A stretch of 64,000 nucleotides of DNA from Patescibacteria group bacterium (GTDB lineage Bacteria > Patescibacteriota > Microgenomatia > 2-02-FULL-39-11), in the NCBI GenBank assembly GCA_023379265.1, contig JAMCUI010000012.1, forward strand, positions 27,936 to 91,935, read 5' to 3'. Numbering within the stretch: the stretch's first letter is position 1; every line of letters starts with the position of its first letter. This document shows positions 29,526-40,178 of this stretch, piece after piece. The notes below the pieces were generated by a model. The model saw only the letters and a program-made list of their open reading frames with translations. It had not been told where the DNA came from and made no database searches. The translations under genes were made by a program, and so were the position numbers.

Positions 29526-30953
29526 ATGTATAGAAAGGAAAAACGCATACCCACCATTTTGGCTCTTTTCATACTTTTTGCCGGAATCGGCAGTACTCTC
29601 TTTTTTGATAGATCAGCTCACACATTTACCTCTTCGGCCAAAAATCCAATTATTCCCCAAGAGGTACATATAAGCAATATTTCAGAAAATTCTTTTACTG
29701 TCTCATGGCTTACTTCTACTCCGGTTACCGCCATAGCAAAAATCACCGGGAATAGCATCCCAACAATAACTCTTATAGATGACCTTGACAATGACAACAT
29801 ACAAAGACCAAGGACAACCCACTATATTACTTTCAGAAACCTCAATCCCGATACGGCATATACAGTCCAGATATTTGATAACAATACTAACTGTCCAAAC
29901 AGCATTTACTGCCCGACAATAAAACTGAAAACTGGGACCAAGCTCCCAACCGCCCCTTCTCTACCTCCGGCAAAAGGAAAAATTATCGACATTACGGGAA
30001 AAGCGGCTGATGGAGCAATCGTCTATCTTACTCTTGGAAAGAGTGCGCTTTTATCCGGCAGAAGTGACAGTTTGGGACTTTGGGTCATACCTCTGAACAA
30101 CATCAGAAACCAAGACCTTTTAAGCCACATAGAAATTGCAGATACCGACCTACTGCAAATTTCAGCATACGTTGCACCACAGCAGACAACCTCAGGCGTA
30201 GTCGATGTCCTTTCAATAAGACAAAACCTACAAATACCGGACATGATTGTGGGAAACAATTATAATTTTATTAACCTTATCAGTAAAAGAGATCTACTGG
30301 CACAAATAAATGACCAGAAAATTCTTGGCGCACAAACAAAAGCAAATAGTGAAAAAATTTCAGGTTCTTCAGTGGGCGCAGATAGTATCGGTGGCTATAA
30401 CCTGATTTTCCCCTCTTCAAACGGAGATTACACAAGTGATACACAACCAAGATTTAGAGGGATTGGACCTAAAGGAAAGCAAATCTTAGTTACTGTCCGC
30501 TCATCACCCCAATCAGCCAAAGTGACTGTGGACCAAAACGGCAACTGGTATTGGCGGCCATCCCAGGCGCTTTCCCCTGGAACCCACTACATCAGTATCC
30601 AGGGATATGATGACTATGGCAATCCGGTAAAGATTACAAGGGAATTTATAGTCTTTAAGAGTGGAGAACAAGTCTTGGGGGAAGCTACAGCTTCTGCCAC
30701 TCTAACTCCTTCTCCCACTTCTACTCCAACTCCGGTTCCAACAAACATTCCACCTTTACCCACTAACACACCAGCGCCAACACCCATAAACTCGCCAATA
30801 CCCAGCCCGACATCTGCTCCGACAATCGCTTATATTTCACCTACCCTTGCACAAAATCCTCCGCGTACTGGATCATACCAAGCCACCGTAGCTTTATTGG
30901 GAGGAGGGGCTGCCCTTCTTCTTGCAGGCATCAAACTCTTTACTTCTCTGTAA
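29526..30953 (+). CDS. FN3/Ig-domain surface protein with an LPxTG-like sorting signal
   Basis: FN3-like (ISNISENSFTVSW..THYITFRNLNPDT.Y); Ig-like domain; QVLG; Pro/Thr linker; PPRTG followed by TM and K. Confidence 0.8.
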   Translation: MYRKEKRIPTILALFILFAGIGSTLFFDRSAHTFTSSAKNPIIPQEVHISNISENSFTVSWLTSTPVTAIAKITGNSIPTITLIDDLDNDNIQRPRTTHYITFRNLNPDTAYTVQIFDNNTNCPNSIYCPTIKLKTGTKLPTAPSLPPAKGKIIDITGKAADGAIVYLTLGKSALLSGRSDSLGLWVIPLNNIRNQDLLSHIEIADTDLLQISAYVAPQQTTSGVVDVLSIRQNLQIPDMIVGNNYNFINLISKRDLLAQINDQKILGAQTKANSEKISGSSVGADSIGGYNLIFPSSNGDYTSDTQPRFRGIGPKGKQILVTVRSSPQSAKVTVDQNGNWYWRPSQALSPGTHYISIQGYDDYGNPVKITREFIVFKSGEQVLGEATASATLTPSPTSTPTPVPTNIPPLPTNTPAPTPINSPIPSPTSAPTIAYISPTLAQNPPRTGSYQATVALLGGGAALLLAGIKLFTSL

Positions 30954-31018
30954 ACAAATTTGCTGGAGGAGGGGCTGCCCTTCTTCTTGCAGGCATCAAA
31001 CTCTTTACTTCTCTATAA
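30900..31018. repeat. 54-nt direct repeat of the FN3 gene 3' end
   Basis: 30900-30953 versus 30965-31018, one synonymous mismatch (CTG/CTA); both copies end at TAA. Confidence 0.93.
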
Positions 31019-31019
31019 T

Positions 31020-32129
31020 TTAGGGGATAATTTTGCAATTTGGATCCTGCATTTGGCACAAGATAAACTTATGTATCTCGTCAAAATTGCCAGTCCTTGG
31101 CGCCAACACCCATCTCCCATCATACTGCCAGTCAGGAGGATTTACTAAAAATCCTTTCCTTCTGTTGGGAGCGTTTGATAAAATATCGCCTGCATCCAAA
31201 ACCACTTTTCGCAAGGAACCATCTTTTAGTGTGGCAAAAAACCTTGCCATCTGTATCTTTTCCGACAGATTCATATCGGTAAGGACAGTCTTATTGAAAG
31301 CATCTATTACCTCCACGACCCGACGGGGATCAGTCCAAAACGAAGGCTTCATCACCTTGTCTTTTATTGCCAGTATTACTTTCTGTTGCCTCTGGTCTCT
31401 GGCAAAATCAGTTCCCTCCTCCCCTTGCGCATGCCTACTCCGGACAAATTTTAATGCTGTTGTACCATCCATATGTTGTAGACCGGTGTTAAAATGCACC
31501 GTCTCATATCTACAGGCAAATGTCGGGTCACCGACGCAAGTGTCATTTTCTTTACCGGCAATAGGATACATCGTATCGGTAAAAGCTGTAGACACGTTTA
31601 TATCGACTCCGTCCAAAAGATCAATCAGCCTCTCAAACCCCGAAAAATCGACAAGCACGGCATAATGTACCGGTTGGCCTACCACTTCTTCAATAGCCGA
31701 CTTTGCGAGTATAAAACCTCCTCCTTTTTCCTTTGCCTCCCCATAGTGATAAGCAGCATTTATCTTATCCTTCAGGCTATCAAGCCAAATATCCCTGGGA
31801 ATTGATACCATAAGTGCATCATGTTTTTGGAAATCAACACTGAGAAACATCATGGTATCGGTCAGATCAGCCCCTTCATGATTGCCACCACCGATTCCCA
31901 AAACAGCAATGTTTGTCCTGCCCTGATATGATTTCAGATTTGGCGTGGTATTAAATACGATACTTGATAAAAGGGACGGCGACAGATTATTGGCCGCGGC
32001 AAACTGATACGCCGGAAAATATATTTTAACGAGGAATAATGCTACCGCCAAAACAAAAATAGCCCCCAGTATAGAGGCTCTCAGAACCGGCAGATATTTT
32101 TGAATCCTTCTCTTAAAGTGATGAAGCAT
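31020..32129 (-). CDS. LCP (LytR-CpsA-Psr) family protein
   Basis: NIAVLG, TDTMM, SIPRD, KINAAY, FVRSRH, DFARDQRQQ. Confidence 0.93.
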   Translation of the reverse strand: MLHHFKRRIQKYLPVLRASILGAIFVLAVALFLVKIYFPAYQFAAANNLSPSLLSSIVFNTTPNLKSYQGRTNIAVLGIGGGNHEGADLTDTMMFLSVDFQKHDALMVSIPRDIWLDSLKDKINAAYHYGEAKEKGGGFILAKSAIEEVVGQPVHYAVLVDFSGFERLIDLLDGVDINVSTAFTDTMYPIAGKENDTCVGDPTFACRYETVHFNTGLQHMDGTTALKFVRSRHAQGEEGTDFARDQRQQKVILAIKDKVMKPSFWTDPRRVVEVIDAFNKTVLTDMNLSEKIQMARFFATLKDGSLRKVVLDAGDILSNAPNRRKGFLVNPPDWQYDGRWVLAPRTGNFDEIHKFILCQMQDPNCKIIP

Positions 32130-32793
32130 TGAGAACTATGTCAAAGAAACTTTGTGGATCAAGACTGGAACCACCTGGCAGTACTCCATCGATGCTGCCA
32201 AGTGACAAAAAACTGTTAACATTCTCTGCTTTAACGCTTCCACCATAAATTACCGATTTACCTGGATTCTTTTTTTTAATATATTCTGCAACTTCACCTG
32301 CTTTTTGCGGACTCTCAGTCTTGCCAGTACCTATGGCCCAAACCGGCTCATAGGCCACAATATCAGCCTCAACTGGGACTGGAGTTTCCGGCCCTGGAAT
32401 GCAAAAAACTGTAGTTAAACTTGCGCTTTTGGCTCTTTTGGCTTTCTCAGAAAGAATATTATCTGTTTCTCCAAATTTTTCCCTTCTCTCCGAGTGACCT
32501 ATAATGGCATACTGCGCAAACTCTTTTGCCATATTGGCCGTCACTTCTCCCGTAAACGCTCCTTCAACAAATGGTGAAATATTCTGAACTCCCAGACTCA
32601 AAGGCAAACCATACTTATCTCTTAACTCTTTTGCCAACGGCAGAAGTATAAAGGGAGGACAAATTACCAGTGTCAGGTTTGCGGTAGAGATGGTCTCTTT
32701 TTGTTTGGAGTAAATATTGGTAAATTTGGCAAACCAATCTCGCGTCTCCACTATATTCTTATTAGATTTCCAATTACCGATAATGTATTTCAT
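32113..32793 (-). CDS. tpiA: Triosephosphate isomerase
   Basis: GNWK, GAFTGE, IGHSERR, AYEPVWAIGTG, YGGSV. Confidence 0.96.
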   Translation of the reverse strand: MKYIIGNWKSNKNIVETRDWFAKFTNIYSKQKETISTANLTLVICPPFILLPLAKELRDKYGLPLSLGVQNISPFVEGAFTGEVTANMAKEFAQYAIIGHSERREKFGETDNILSEKAKRAKSASLTTVFCIPGPETPVPVEADIVAYEPVWAIGTGKTESPQKAGEVAEYIKKKNPGKSVIYGGSVKAENVNSFLSLGSIDGVLPGGSSLDPQSFFDIVLNASSL

Positions 32794-32924
32794 AAATCAG
32801 ATTTGAAGAAAAATTATGTTATTATAGTCTATTGTAACATTAGGGATAAATATCATAAATAGCGCAAATCTCAGTTATTACGACAGGAATTAAAAACGGA
32901 GATCATTTACTTCCTTAATTTAAC

Positions 32925-34769
32925 ATGACAGACGGCACACTTCTAAATTCCTTAAATCCAGCCCAAAAAAAAGCCGTTCTTGCAACTGACGGCCCGATAC
33001 TGATTTTGGCCGGTGCAGGATCCGGAAAGACCAGAGTACTTACATATAAAGTGGCTTATCTGATTTTGGAAAAAGAAATACCGGCCGGAAATATACTCAT
33101 GGTAACATTCACCAATAAAGCTGCAGGGGAAATGAAGGATAGAATTACGTCACTTCTGAAAAAATCCGACGATCGACATGTATCCGATCTGCCGTTTGCC
33201 GGCACTTTCCATTCACTATGCGCCAGGATACTCAGGCGTCATGGCAGGGCAATCGGCATCACTCCCGATTTTCTCATCTACGACAGCCAAGACACGAAAG
33301 ATGCTATAAAGGAAGTCCTTGAGAACTTGGGTTTGGACCAAAAAAGGTTCCATCCTCCAGCTGTAACTTCTAACATCTCCCAAGCCAAAAACGAACTTAT
33401 TTCCGCCATTGAATACCAACAAATTGCCCGGGGTTATTTCCAGGAAAATATCGTTAAAGTTTATATCGAATACCAGAAACTTCTACGAGAAAGTAATGCC
33501 TTGGACTTTGACGATCTGCTTTTTTTCACAGTAGAGCTTTTCCGCAAAGATAAAGAGACGGCCGGATATTACCAAAATTTATTCAAATATGTCCTGGTTG
33601 ACGAATACCAGGATACCAACCATGCCCAGTATGAATTGACCCGACTTTTAAGTAAAAGGTGGAGAAATATATGTGTAGTAGGGGATGCTTCCCAAAGCAT
33701 CTATGCATGGAGGGGAGCGGATTTCAGGAATATATTGCGCTTCAAGGAAGATTTCCCTGACTGCAAAGTATTTCATCTTGAGCAAAACTACCGTTCCACA
33801 CAGACGATACTTTCAGCTGCTTATTCTATCGTCTCACGGAATAATTCACACCCCATCCTAAAATTATGGACAGAGAAAAGTGGCGGCGAGCTCATCACTT
33901 CATTTCAAGCAAGAAACGAACAGGAGGAGGCTCTTTTTGTCATAGGAAAAATTACCGAGTCAAAATATAAAAACAGTCATTTGCACTTCTCAGACTTTGC
34001 CGTACTTTACCGGACTAATGCCCAAAGCCGAGTTCTCGAGGAAGCACTTCTCCATACCGGACTCCCGTATATACTGGTGGGCGGGGTCAGATTTTATGAA
34101 CGGAAAGAAATAAAAGATGTCCTCTCATATTTGAGACTTTTGATAAACCCAAAAGACAGTATTTCTTACAGGAGGATAGAAAAACTGGGCAAAAAGAAAA
34201 TGGCAAGGTTTATGGATTTTGCCGGGAATTTCAGAAGTGAAATAAAAAAAAACAATCTCTCTTCACTTGAAGTGATGGATAAGGCTCTGCAGGAGTCATC
34301 CTATCTTGACCTTTATGATAAAAACAACGAGGAAGATCTCTACCGTTTGGAAAATATAAAAGAATTGCGCTCAGTTGCCTCTCAATTCCCAAATTTGAAT
34401 AATTTTCTGGAAAATGTGGCGCTTGTCGAGCAGGAATATTTGCCGGATCGCCCAGCCAATGACAACAAAAAGGATGCCATAACTCTTATGACGCTTCACG
34501 CAGCCAAAGGTTTGGAATTCCGCAATATATTCATGGTTGGCATGGAAGAAGGCCTTTTCCCACATGCCAGATCGATAATGGAGCCGATGGAACTGGAGGA
34601 AGAAAGAAGACTCTGCTATGTGGGGATTACCCGCGCCATGGACAAGCTTTATCTTACTTATACTTCAAGAAGGCTATATTTTGGCCAAAGGTCAACCAAC
34701 CCCGTCTCCCGCTTTTTATTGGATATTCCCCAGGATTTGGTACAACAATCAACGGAACAGGTAATTTAA
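32925..34769 (+). CDS. pcrA: UvrD/PcrA DNA helicase
   Basis: AGAGSGKT, TFTNKAA, VDEYQD, LEQNYRS, YRTNAQSR, TLHAAKGLEF, EERRLCYVGITRA. Confidence 0.94.
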   Translation: MTDGTLLNSLNPAQKKAVLATDGPILILAGAGSGKTRVLTYKVAYLILEKEIPAGNILMVTFTNKAAGEMKDRITSLLKKSDDRHVSDLPFAGTFHSLCARILRRHGRAIGITPDFLIYDSQDTKDAIKEVLENLGLDQKRFHPPAVTSNISQAKNELISAIEYQQIARGYFQENIVKVYIEYQKLLRESNALDFDDLLFFTVELFRKDKETAGYYQNLFKYVLVDEYQDTNHAQYELTRLLSKRWRNICVVGDASQSIYAWRGADFRNILRFKEDFPDCKVFHLEQNYRSTQTILSAAYSIVSRNNSHPILKLWTEKSGGELITSFQARNEQEEALFVIGKITESKYKNSHLHFSDFAVLYRTNAQSRVLEEALLHTGLPYILVGGVRFYERKEIKDVLSYLRLLINPKDSISYRRIEKLGKKKMARFMDFAGNFRSEIKKNNLSSLEVMDKALQESSYLDLYDKNNEEDLYRLENIKELRSVASQFPNLNNFLENVALVEQEYLPDRPANDNKKDAITLMTLHAAKGLEFRNIFMVGMEEGLFPHARSIMEPMELEEERRLCYVGITRAMDKLYLTYTSRRLYFGQRSTNPVSRFLLDIPQDLVQQSTEQVI

Positions 34770-34815
34770 CAATATATTTTTCGAAGGTTGCATACAGAAT
34801 GTTTACTCCAACTTT

Positions 34816-35298
34816 TTACTGACAACTTACTACTTTTTCCAATCCGGCATTGTAGGTATAATTTTTCTCGCTTGCCTGAAGTACTATAACATACCCAGGA
34901 GTAACCACCTGGGAATACATCTGGTTTCTTTTAGGACAACCCATACTGGTATCGCTCCAATCTTTTTGCGTTATACTGATCACTTGGATATCACTGACAG
35001 ACATATCAAGCTTTTTAGCCAAATCAGCTTTTGCTATACCGGTATAAGTATCCTGCTGCTTCAGGTCACCCCCATATGGGACAATATCTGCCGGAGTGGG
35101 TGTAGGAATTGGAGTTGAGGTTGGCACTGCACCCAGCAATACTTTCGCAGCCGTTATAACACCGCCTCCGGAAACCGCATTCAGAATGACTACTGCCACC
35201 AAAATAACTCCTGCAATAATCCATTTGGACCTCAATACCGATTTTGGTTTCCTTCTGACTAATCTTCTTACCACTTTCTTTTTGATTTTGGTTTTCAT
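34816..35298 (-). CDS. Membrane-anchored hypothetical protein
   Basis: Basic N-terminus, TM, Pro/Thr linker, WSDTSMGCP..YSQVVTPGY motif. Confidence 0.7.
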   Translation of the reverse strand: MKTKIKKKVVRRLVRRKPKSVLRSKWIIAGVILVAVVILNAVSGGGVITAAKVLLGAVPTSTPIPTPTPADIVPYGGDLKQQDTYTGIAKADLAKKLDMSVSDIQVISITQKDWSDTSMGCPKRNQMYSQVVTPGYVIVLQASEKNYTYNAGLEKVVSCQ

Positions 35299-35380
35299 GC
35301 TTGAAATTTAAGTATATATCACTACCAATTATTCATATAATAACATAAAATAACATTTGTGAAGTACCCCTCATAAATAT

Positions 35381-36409
35381 ATGGATATAAAGTCAGTTTC
35401 CGAAAAAGACAGAATTGTATTTGACAAACTGGCCACCCACCCTCTGCAGTCATGGGAATGGGGGGAATTTCGCAAAAAAACAGGAATTGACGTAGTGAGA
35501 TTAGGCAGATTTGACAATGATAAACTTGTAGAGACAGCCCAGATCACTTTCCACAAGCTTCCATTTACTTCCTATACCATAGGCTATCTGCCAAAATGCG
35601 GCCTAATAAGTCCTGAAATGCTTATGAGATTGGTTGCACTTGGTAAAGAAAAAGACTGTATCTTCATCAAATTTGAGCCGAATATAGAGAAAAATAATTG
35701 GGAATTGTCCCATCTCAGTGGAAGGACGCATGTACTTCCCTCACCCCACCCGCTTTTTACTAAGTACACTTTCCAACTTGATATCTCAAAATCTGAAAAA
35801 GAACTTTTGTCTGTTATGCATCCCAAAACCAGATACAACATCAAGGTTGCCCAAAAACACAGTGTAACCGTGACGGAAGATAACTCAGAAGATGCTTTCA
35901 AGAAGTACCTGGAACTTACTTTTGAAACAACCAGAAGGCAAAAATTCTATGCTCATAGCCAACGTTATCATACTCTCATGTGGGAGACGCTATACCCCTG
36001 TGGCATCGCCCATCTTTTGACCGCTAGTTTTGAAGATGTGGGCCATAAACATATTCTTGTGACGTGGGTTCTTTTTCTTTTCAATAAAGTTATTTACTAT
36101 CCCTACGGCGCCTCAAGCGACAGCTTCCGAAACGTCATGGCCTCAAATCTTATGATGTGGGAAGCAATAAGATGGGGTAAAAAAATGGGCGCAAAGAAAT
36201 TTGACATGTGGGGCGCATTAGGTCCAAACCCCTCTCCCAATGAGTCATGGTATGGATTCCACCGGTTCAAACAGGGATACGGGGCAACACTGGTAGAATT
36301 TGCGGGAAGTTTTGATATTGTGATACAACCGGCAGCATATAAAATCTTCAACCTTTTGCATACCGGCCGGGAAATTTTTCTGAAAATAAAAAGTAACTTC
36401 CGCAGCTAA
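35381..36409 (+). CDS. FemABX-family peptidoglycan bridge aminoacyltransferase
   Basis: HPLQSWEWG, KTRYNIKVA, YPYGAS, FDMWG, GFHRFKQGYG. Confidence 0.9.
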   Translation: MDIKSVSEKDRIVFDKLATHPLQSWEWGEFRKKTGIDVVRLGRFDNDKLVETAQITFHKLPFTSYTIGYLPKCGLISPEMLMRLVALGKEKDCIFIKFEPNIEKNNWELSHLSGRTHVLPSPHPLFTKYTFQLDISKSEKELLSVMHPKTRYNIKVAQKHSVTVTEDNSEDAFKKYLELTFETTRRQKFYAHSQRYHTLMWETLYPCGIAHLLTASFEDVGHKHILVTWVLFLFNKVIYYPYGASSDSFRNVMASNLMMWEAIRWGKKMGAKKFDMWGALGPNPSPNESWYGFHRFKQGYGATLVEFAGSFDIVIQPAAYKIFNLLHTGREIFLKIKSNFRS

Positions 36410-36428
36410 CTGAAAAAAATTTCCGTCT

Positions 36429-38099
36429 ATGATTACCTACTTTAACATCCGAAGACATGTCAATCTGTTTTTGGTTTCGGCTGTCGTTTTTCTATGCATT
36501 GCCACATATATTAACATCCTGCCAAATAAGCTTTTTTTTGACGATGAAGAACTGATATACAAGAACTACTATGTGCAAAACCTGAGATACTTACCCCAAT
36601 ACTTTACCCAAAATATGATTGCCGGTGCCGGCAAGATAAGCAATATGTATCGGCCTATCCTTCTTACTTCTTTCGCCGCAGACTATGCAGTATGGAAAGA
36701 TAGTCCTTTTGGTTTTCATCTAACCAGTATAGTTCTCCATTCTATAAATGCTGTTTTCATTTTTTTTCTTATTCTGAAATTGTTTGGCAACAAATTTATC
36801 GCATTTTTTTCCTCACTTTTTTTTGCGGTACACCCGGCACTTTCCGAAGCAGTCATCTATGCCTCAGGCAGGACCGACCCATTATATGCGTTCTTTATGC
36901 TCTGCAGCCTCCTATTCTTTATCTCCTGCCTGGAAAAGAAAAAAAACGGATGGATAAGATATACCGTTTCAATCCTTTTTTTTATTCTGTCGCTTCTGTC
37001 AAAGGAAACAGCCATAGTGTTTCCCCTTATTCTTCCGCTAGTTATCATCGCTTTCCTACATACCAAAAATATTAAAGAGCTAAATAACAAAAAAATACGC
37101 TTGGTAAAACTAAAGGTTAACAATCTTAATGTTTTACTTAAAACAGCTCTACTGTCCCTCCCTTTCTTTACCATCAGTTTTATTTACTTTATTTTGCGGT
37201 TAACAATCCTCAATTTTGCTGACACATTAAATTTTTATCAGAATAATGCCGGTACAACTGGCACGTCTGTGGCTTTTTTATACAGCCAAAATCTTCCAGT
37301 ACGTCTCTATACTTTCTCCAAAGTTTTTTTTGATTATGTCAGTCTTATATTTTTCCCCAACTATCTTGCCATTGCCAGAACTCCCCAAATAATTACGACA
37401 ATTCTCAACCATTGGGTTATCCTGTTTATTTTTGCCATCATTATTTTTGTTATCGCCGCAAGACACAATTGGCCCAAAAACGGTATTATCGCTTTTGCTC
37501 TTTTGTGGTTTTTCATCCTTATTCTGCCTGTTTCAGGCATCATACCCATAAATAATATTGAATCTGAACATTATCTTTATCTACCCTCATTATCTTTTTT
37601 TGTCATCATCTCCTATTTCGTCTATTTTATATGGCAAAAGGTAAAATCTTCTGAAATAAAAACAGCTTTTGCGATGCTTCTTATTATTATCACTCTTCTA
37701 CTATCCCTGCGGACAGTCATCCGGACTTTTGATTGGCGGGATCCAATCACTTTTTACAACATCGCCCTTTCCCAATCTCCCGGCAACCTGCCTATGCACA
37801 ACAATCTGGCAATGGCTTATGAGGAAACAGGCAATATCAGTCTGGCAATTGAGCAGTATAAAAATATTATTGCCGTGGGAGATTTTTATCCCAACATCCA
37901 CCACAACCTGGCCAATGCTTATGTAAAGCAGGGTGAATATAAGAAGGCTGAAACTGAGTATAAAAAGGCGCTTTCAATGGATCCGAAATTCTACTTCAGT
38001 TACTATGGATTACTTGATCTTTACCAGAAAACGGGTAATGCTTCAAAAGCGGCTGAAATGAAATCCGTTATTGACCGACTGCAAAAGGGACAGCAATAA
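36429..38099 (+). CDS. TMTC-like GT-C glycosyltransferase with C-terminal TPRs
   Basis: FFDD, YRP, FHL.S..LH, FAVHP..SEAV..SGR, SKE, EHYLYLP; TPR repeats. Confidence 0.8.
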   Translation: MITYFNIRRHVNLFLVSAVVFLCIATYINILPNKLFFDDEELIYKNYYVQNLRYLPQYFTQNMIAGAGKISNMYRPILLTSFAADYAVWKDSPFGFHLTSIVLHSINAVFIFFLILKLFGNKFIAFFSSLFFAVHPALSEAVIYASGRTDPLYAFFMLCSLLFFISCLEKKKNGWIRYTVSILFFILSLLSKETAIVFPLILPLVIIAFLHTKNIKELNNKKIRLVKLKVNNLNVLLKTALLSLPFFTISFIYFILRLTILNFADTLNFYQNNAGTTGTSVAFLYSQNLPVRLYTFSKVFFDYVSLIFFPNYLAIARTPQIITTILNHWVILFIFAIIIFVIAARHNWPKNGIIAFALLWFFILILPVSGIIPINNIESEHYLYLPSLSFFVIISYFVYFIWQKVKSSEIKTAFAMLLIIITLLLSLRTVIRTFDWRDPITFYNIALSQSPGNLPMHNNLAMAYEETGNISLAIEQYKNIIAVGDFYPNIHHNLANAYVKQGEYKKAETEYKKALSMDPKFYFSYYGLLDLYQKTGNASKAAEMKSVIDRLQKGQQ

Positions 38100-38102
38100 A
38101 TT

Positions 38103-39050
38103 ATGACTGATATTAGACAATCAAAGCTGTTTGCAAATTTCATGAAAGATTTAGGCTGGAAAGCCGAAAAAATACAAAATTCTTACGTATACCTGCGCCG
38201 GTTTCCATTTCTGGGATACTTTGCCAAAATACCCAAAATCACTCCCCCTCTGCCTCTCACCGACATAGACGCATTAAGACTAAAATATAATATCTTCCAG
38301 ATAAAAATCGCACCTGACATCCTTACTGACAACAGGCAATATAAAATACTCCTCAAACAACTAGCAATAAAAAAATTCAAGATGGACATAAGTCCTTTTA
38401 ATCCTACCACAGATATTCGGTTTGATCTGACAATTGATGGAAAAGATATCTTTTCCAATTTTACCGAAGCAAAAAGAAGAGGTGTCAGAAGAGCCATAAA
38501 AAACCACATCACGGTAATCGAGTCAGACGACTATGAATCTTTTATAAAGATCAGGAAAAAGCAATACTCACCAGTCGGTTTTCTTATTGCACCGGAGATG
38601 CACAAACTCTGGAGAAATTTTTACCCCTCCCATGCCTCTTTGCTATTGGCCTACTCAAATACCGATACAAGCACCCACAATGTCTTTTCTGAGATCCCAA
38701 AACAAGTGAAATTTCTTTCGGGAAAAAACAATCCGGAACCGGTAGCCGGCATTCTTTTACTTTTTTATAATAGCGTTGCGTACTATTGGTATGCTTCGGC
38801 ACTAAAAAAAGGTAAGAGACTCTTTGCCCCGACACTTTTGGTTTGGCAAGCGCTCAGGATTTCCCAAAAAAGAGGTTGTAAAGAATTCACTTTTGAGGGA
38901 ATATATGATGAACGGTTTCCCAAGGCAGCCCAATCATGGAAAGGTTTTACCAAATTTAAGGAAGGTTTCGGAGGAAAAAAAGTAGTTTATATGGAAAACT
39001 TTTCCCAAATCCCCAATCCTGTTTTAGGCCTATTACACTTCGTTATGTAG
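38103..39050 (+). CDS. Second FemABX/GNAT-family protein
   Basis: DIRQS, KRRGVRRA, APTLLVW, GFTKFKEGFGG. Confidence 0.82.
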   Translation: MTDIRQSKLFANFMKDLGWKAEKIQNSYVYLRRFPFLGYFAKIPKITPPLPLTDIDALRLKYNIFQIKIAPDILTDNRQYKILLKQLAIKKFKMDISPFNPTTDIRFDLTIDGKDIFSNFTEAKRRGVRRAIKNHITVIESDDYESFIKIRKKQYSPVGFLIAPEMHKLWRNFYPSHASLLLAYSNTDTSTHNVFSEIPKQVKFLSGKNNPEPVAGILLLFYNSVAYYWYASALKKGKRLFAPTLLVWQALRISQKRGCKEFTFEGIYDERFPKAAQSWKGFTKFKEGFGGKKVVYMENFSQIPNPVLGLLHFVM

Positions 39051-39815
39051 TTTTAGCCATTTTGTGTCCATATCCGGAAAGTCAGCAGGAATTTTATCCA
39101 TCAGAGCCCGCAGGCCGAAGACTTCCGTCGCATAATGTCCTCCGGCAATAAGATGGATTCCTGCTTCGCGAAAAAGCTCCCTGTTCCATTCATGCACCTC
39201 ACCGGTGATGTAAAGATCCACTTTTTCGTCTATCAAATCCTGCATTTCAGATGCTCCAGGAGCACCTTTACCGGACAATGCCACAACTTTTTTAACCTTT
39301 TCCGGCCCAAAATCATATATGGTAAGGCGCTTACTCAGATAGGGTCTCAGGTTCCCAATGACATTTTCCAATGTTTGCGATTTCTCAAAGACTCCCATCC
39401 ATCCCCAAGGATATCCATGGAAGAAATATTGTGCTTCTTTTTTTGCACCAATTGTTTCCAGGATTTGGGCATTGTTGCCTACTTGCGGATGGGCGTCAAG
39501 AAGAAAATGGTAACCGAAAAGTGATATGTCGTTTTGCAAAAGATATTCTATCCGGTTTTGGAAAACTTCATCATAGCGGTTTGTCGGTGGCAGATTAAAA
39601 GAATGATGGACAATAATTGCGTCACAATTTTCTTTTTGTGCCAGCTGGAAGAGTCCCAGTGAAGCCGAAACTCCAAAACCTATTTTTTTCACTTCCTCCT
39701 TACCCTTAACCAAAAGTCCATTGGTCATAAATGGATCAATTCTGCCCACCTCAAGCTTTTTGTCAAAAAGCATATAGCTATCAAGAAACTTTTGCAATTG
39801 CGGTAGATAGACCAT
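39033..39815 (-). CDS. Nif3-like dinuclear metal centre protein
   Basis: NGL, IVHH, YH..LDAHP.VGNN, YITGE, GGHYATE. Confidence 0.9.
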   Translation of the reverse strand: MVYLPQLQKFLDSYMLFDKKLEVGRIDPFMTNGLLVKGKEEVKKIGFGVSASLGLFQLAQKENCDAIIVHHSFNLPPTNRYDEVFQNRIEYLLQNDISLFGYHFLLDAHPQVGNNAQILETIGAKKEAQYFFHGYPWGWMGVFEKSQTLENVIGNLRPYLSKRLTIYDFGPEKVKKVVALSGKGAPGASEMQDLIDEKVDLYITGEVHEWNRELFREAGIHLIAGGHYATEVFGLRALMDKIPADFPDMDTKWLKLHNEV

Positions 39816-39820
39816 AATAT

Positions 39821-40042
39821 TTATCTGTGAAACAGATTCTCTATTTTTACATCCAGTTTTCCGGCAATTTTCATCAACAGTTTGAGAGAGGGACTCTCCC
39901 GACCTTGCTCTATATATCCCATATACACTCTGCTTATTCCCAATCTAGCAGCAAACTCTTCCTGAGTAAAGTCTTTCTGTTTTCTCAACTTTTGAATTTT
40001 TTTACCTAATATTTTTAGAGCTCTTGCAGTGCTTCCCCGCAT
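39821..40042 (-). CDS. XRE-family HTH regulator
   Basis: LRK..TQEEFA..LGISR.Y...IEQG..PSL. Confidence 0.9.
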   Translation of the reverse strand: MRGSTARALKILGKKIQKLRKQKDFTQEEFAARLGISRVYMGYIEQGRESPSLKLLMKIAGKLDVKIENLFHR

Positions 40043-40178
40043 ACAGATAATTTTCCGTGCTGGAAGTCTGATAGTCTACTAAGTATAACTAAGCAATTAG
40101 CCTCAATTTACTACTTGAAACTCACGCTAAGAAATACTAAGATTTTTTCAGTGGGCAAACAAATTTTATCGTAAGTTT

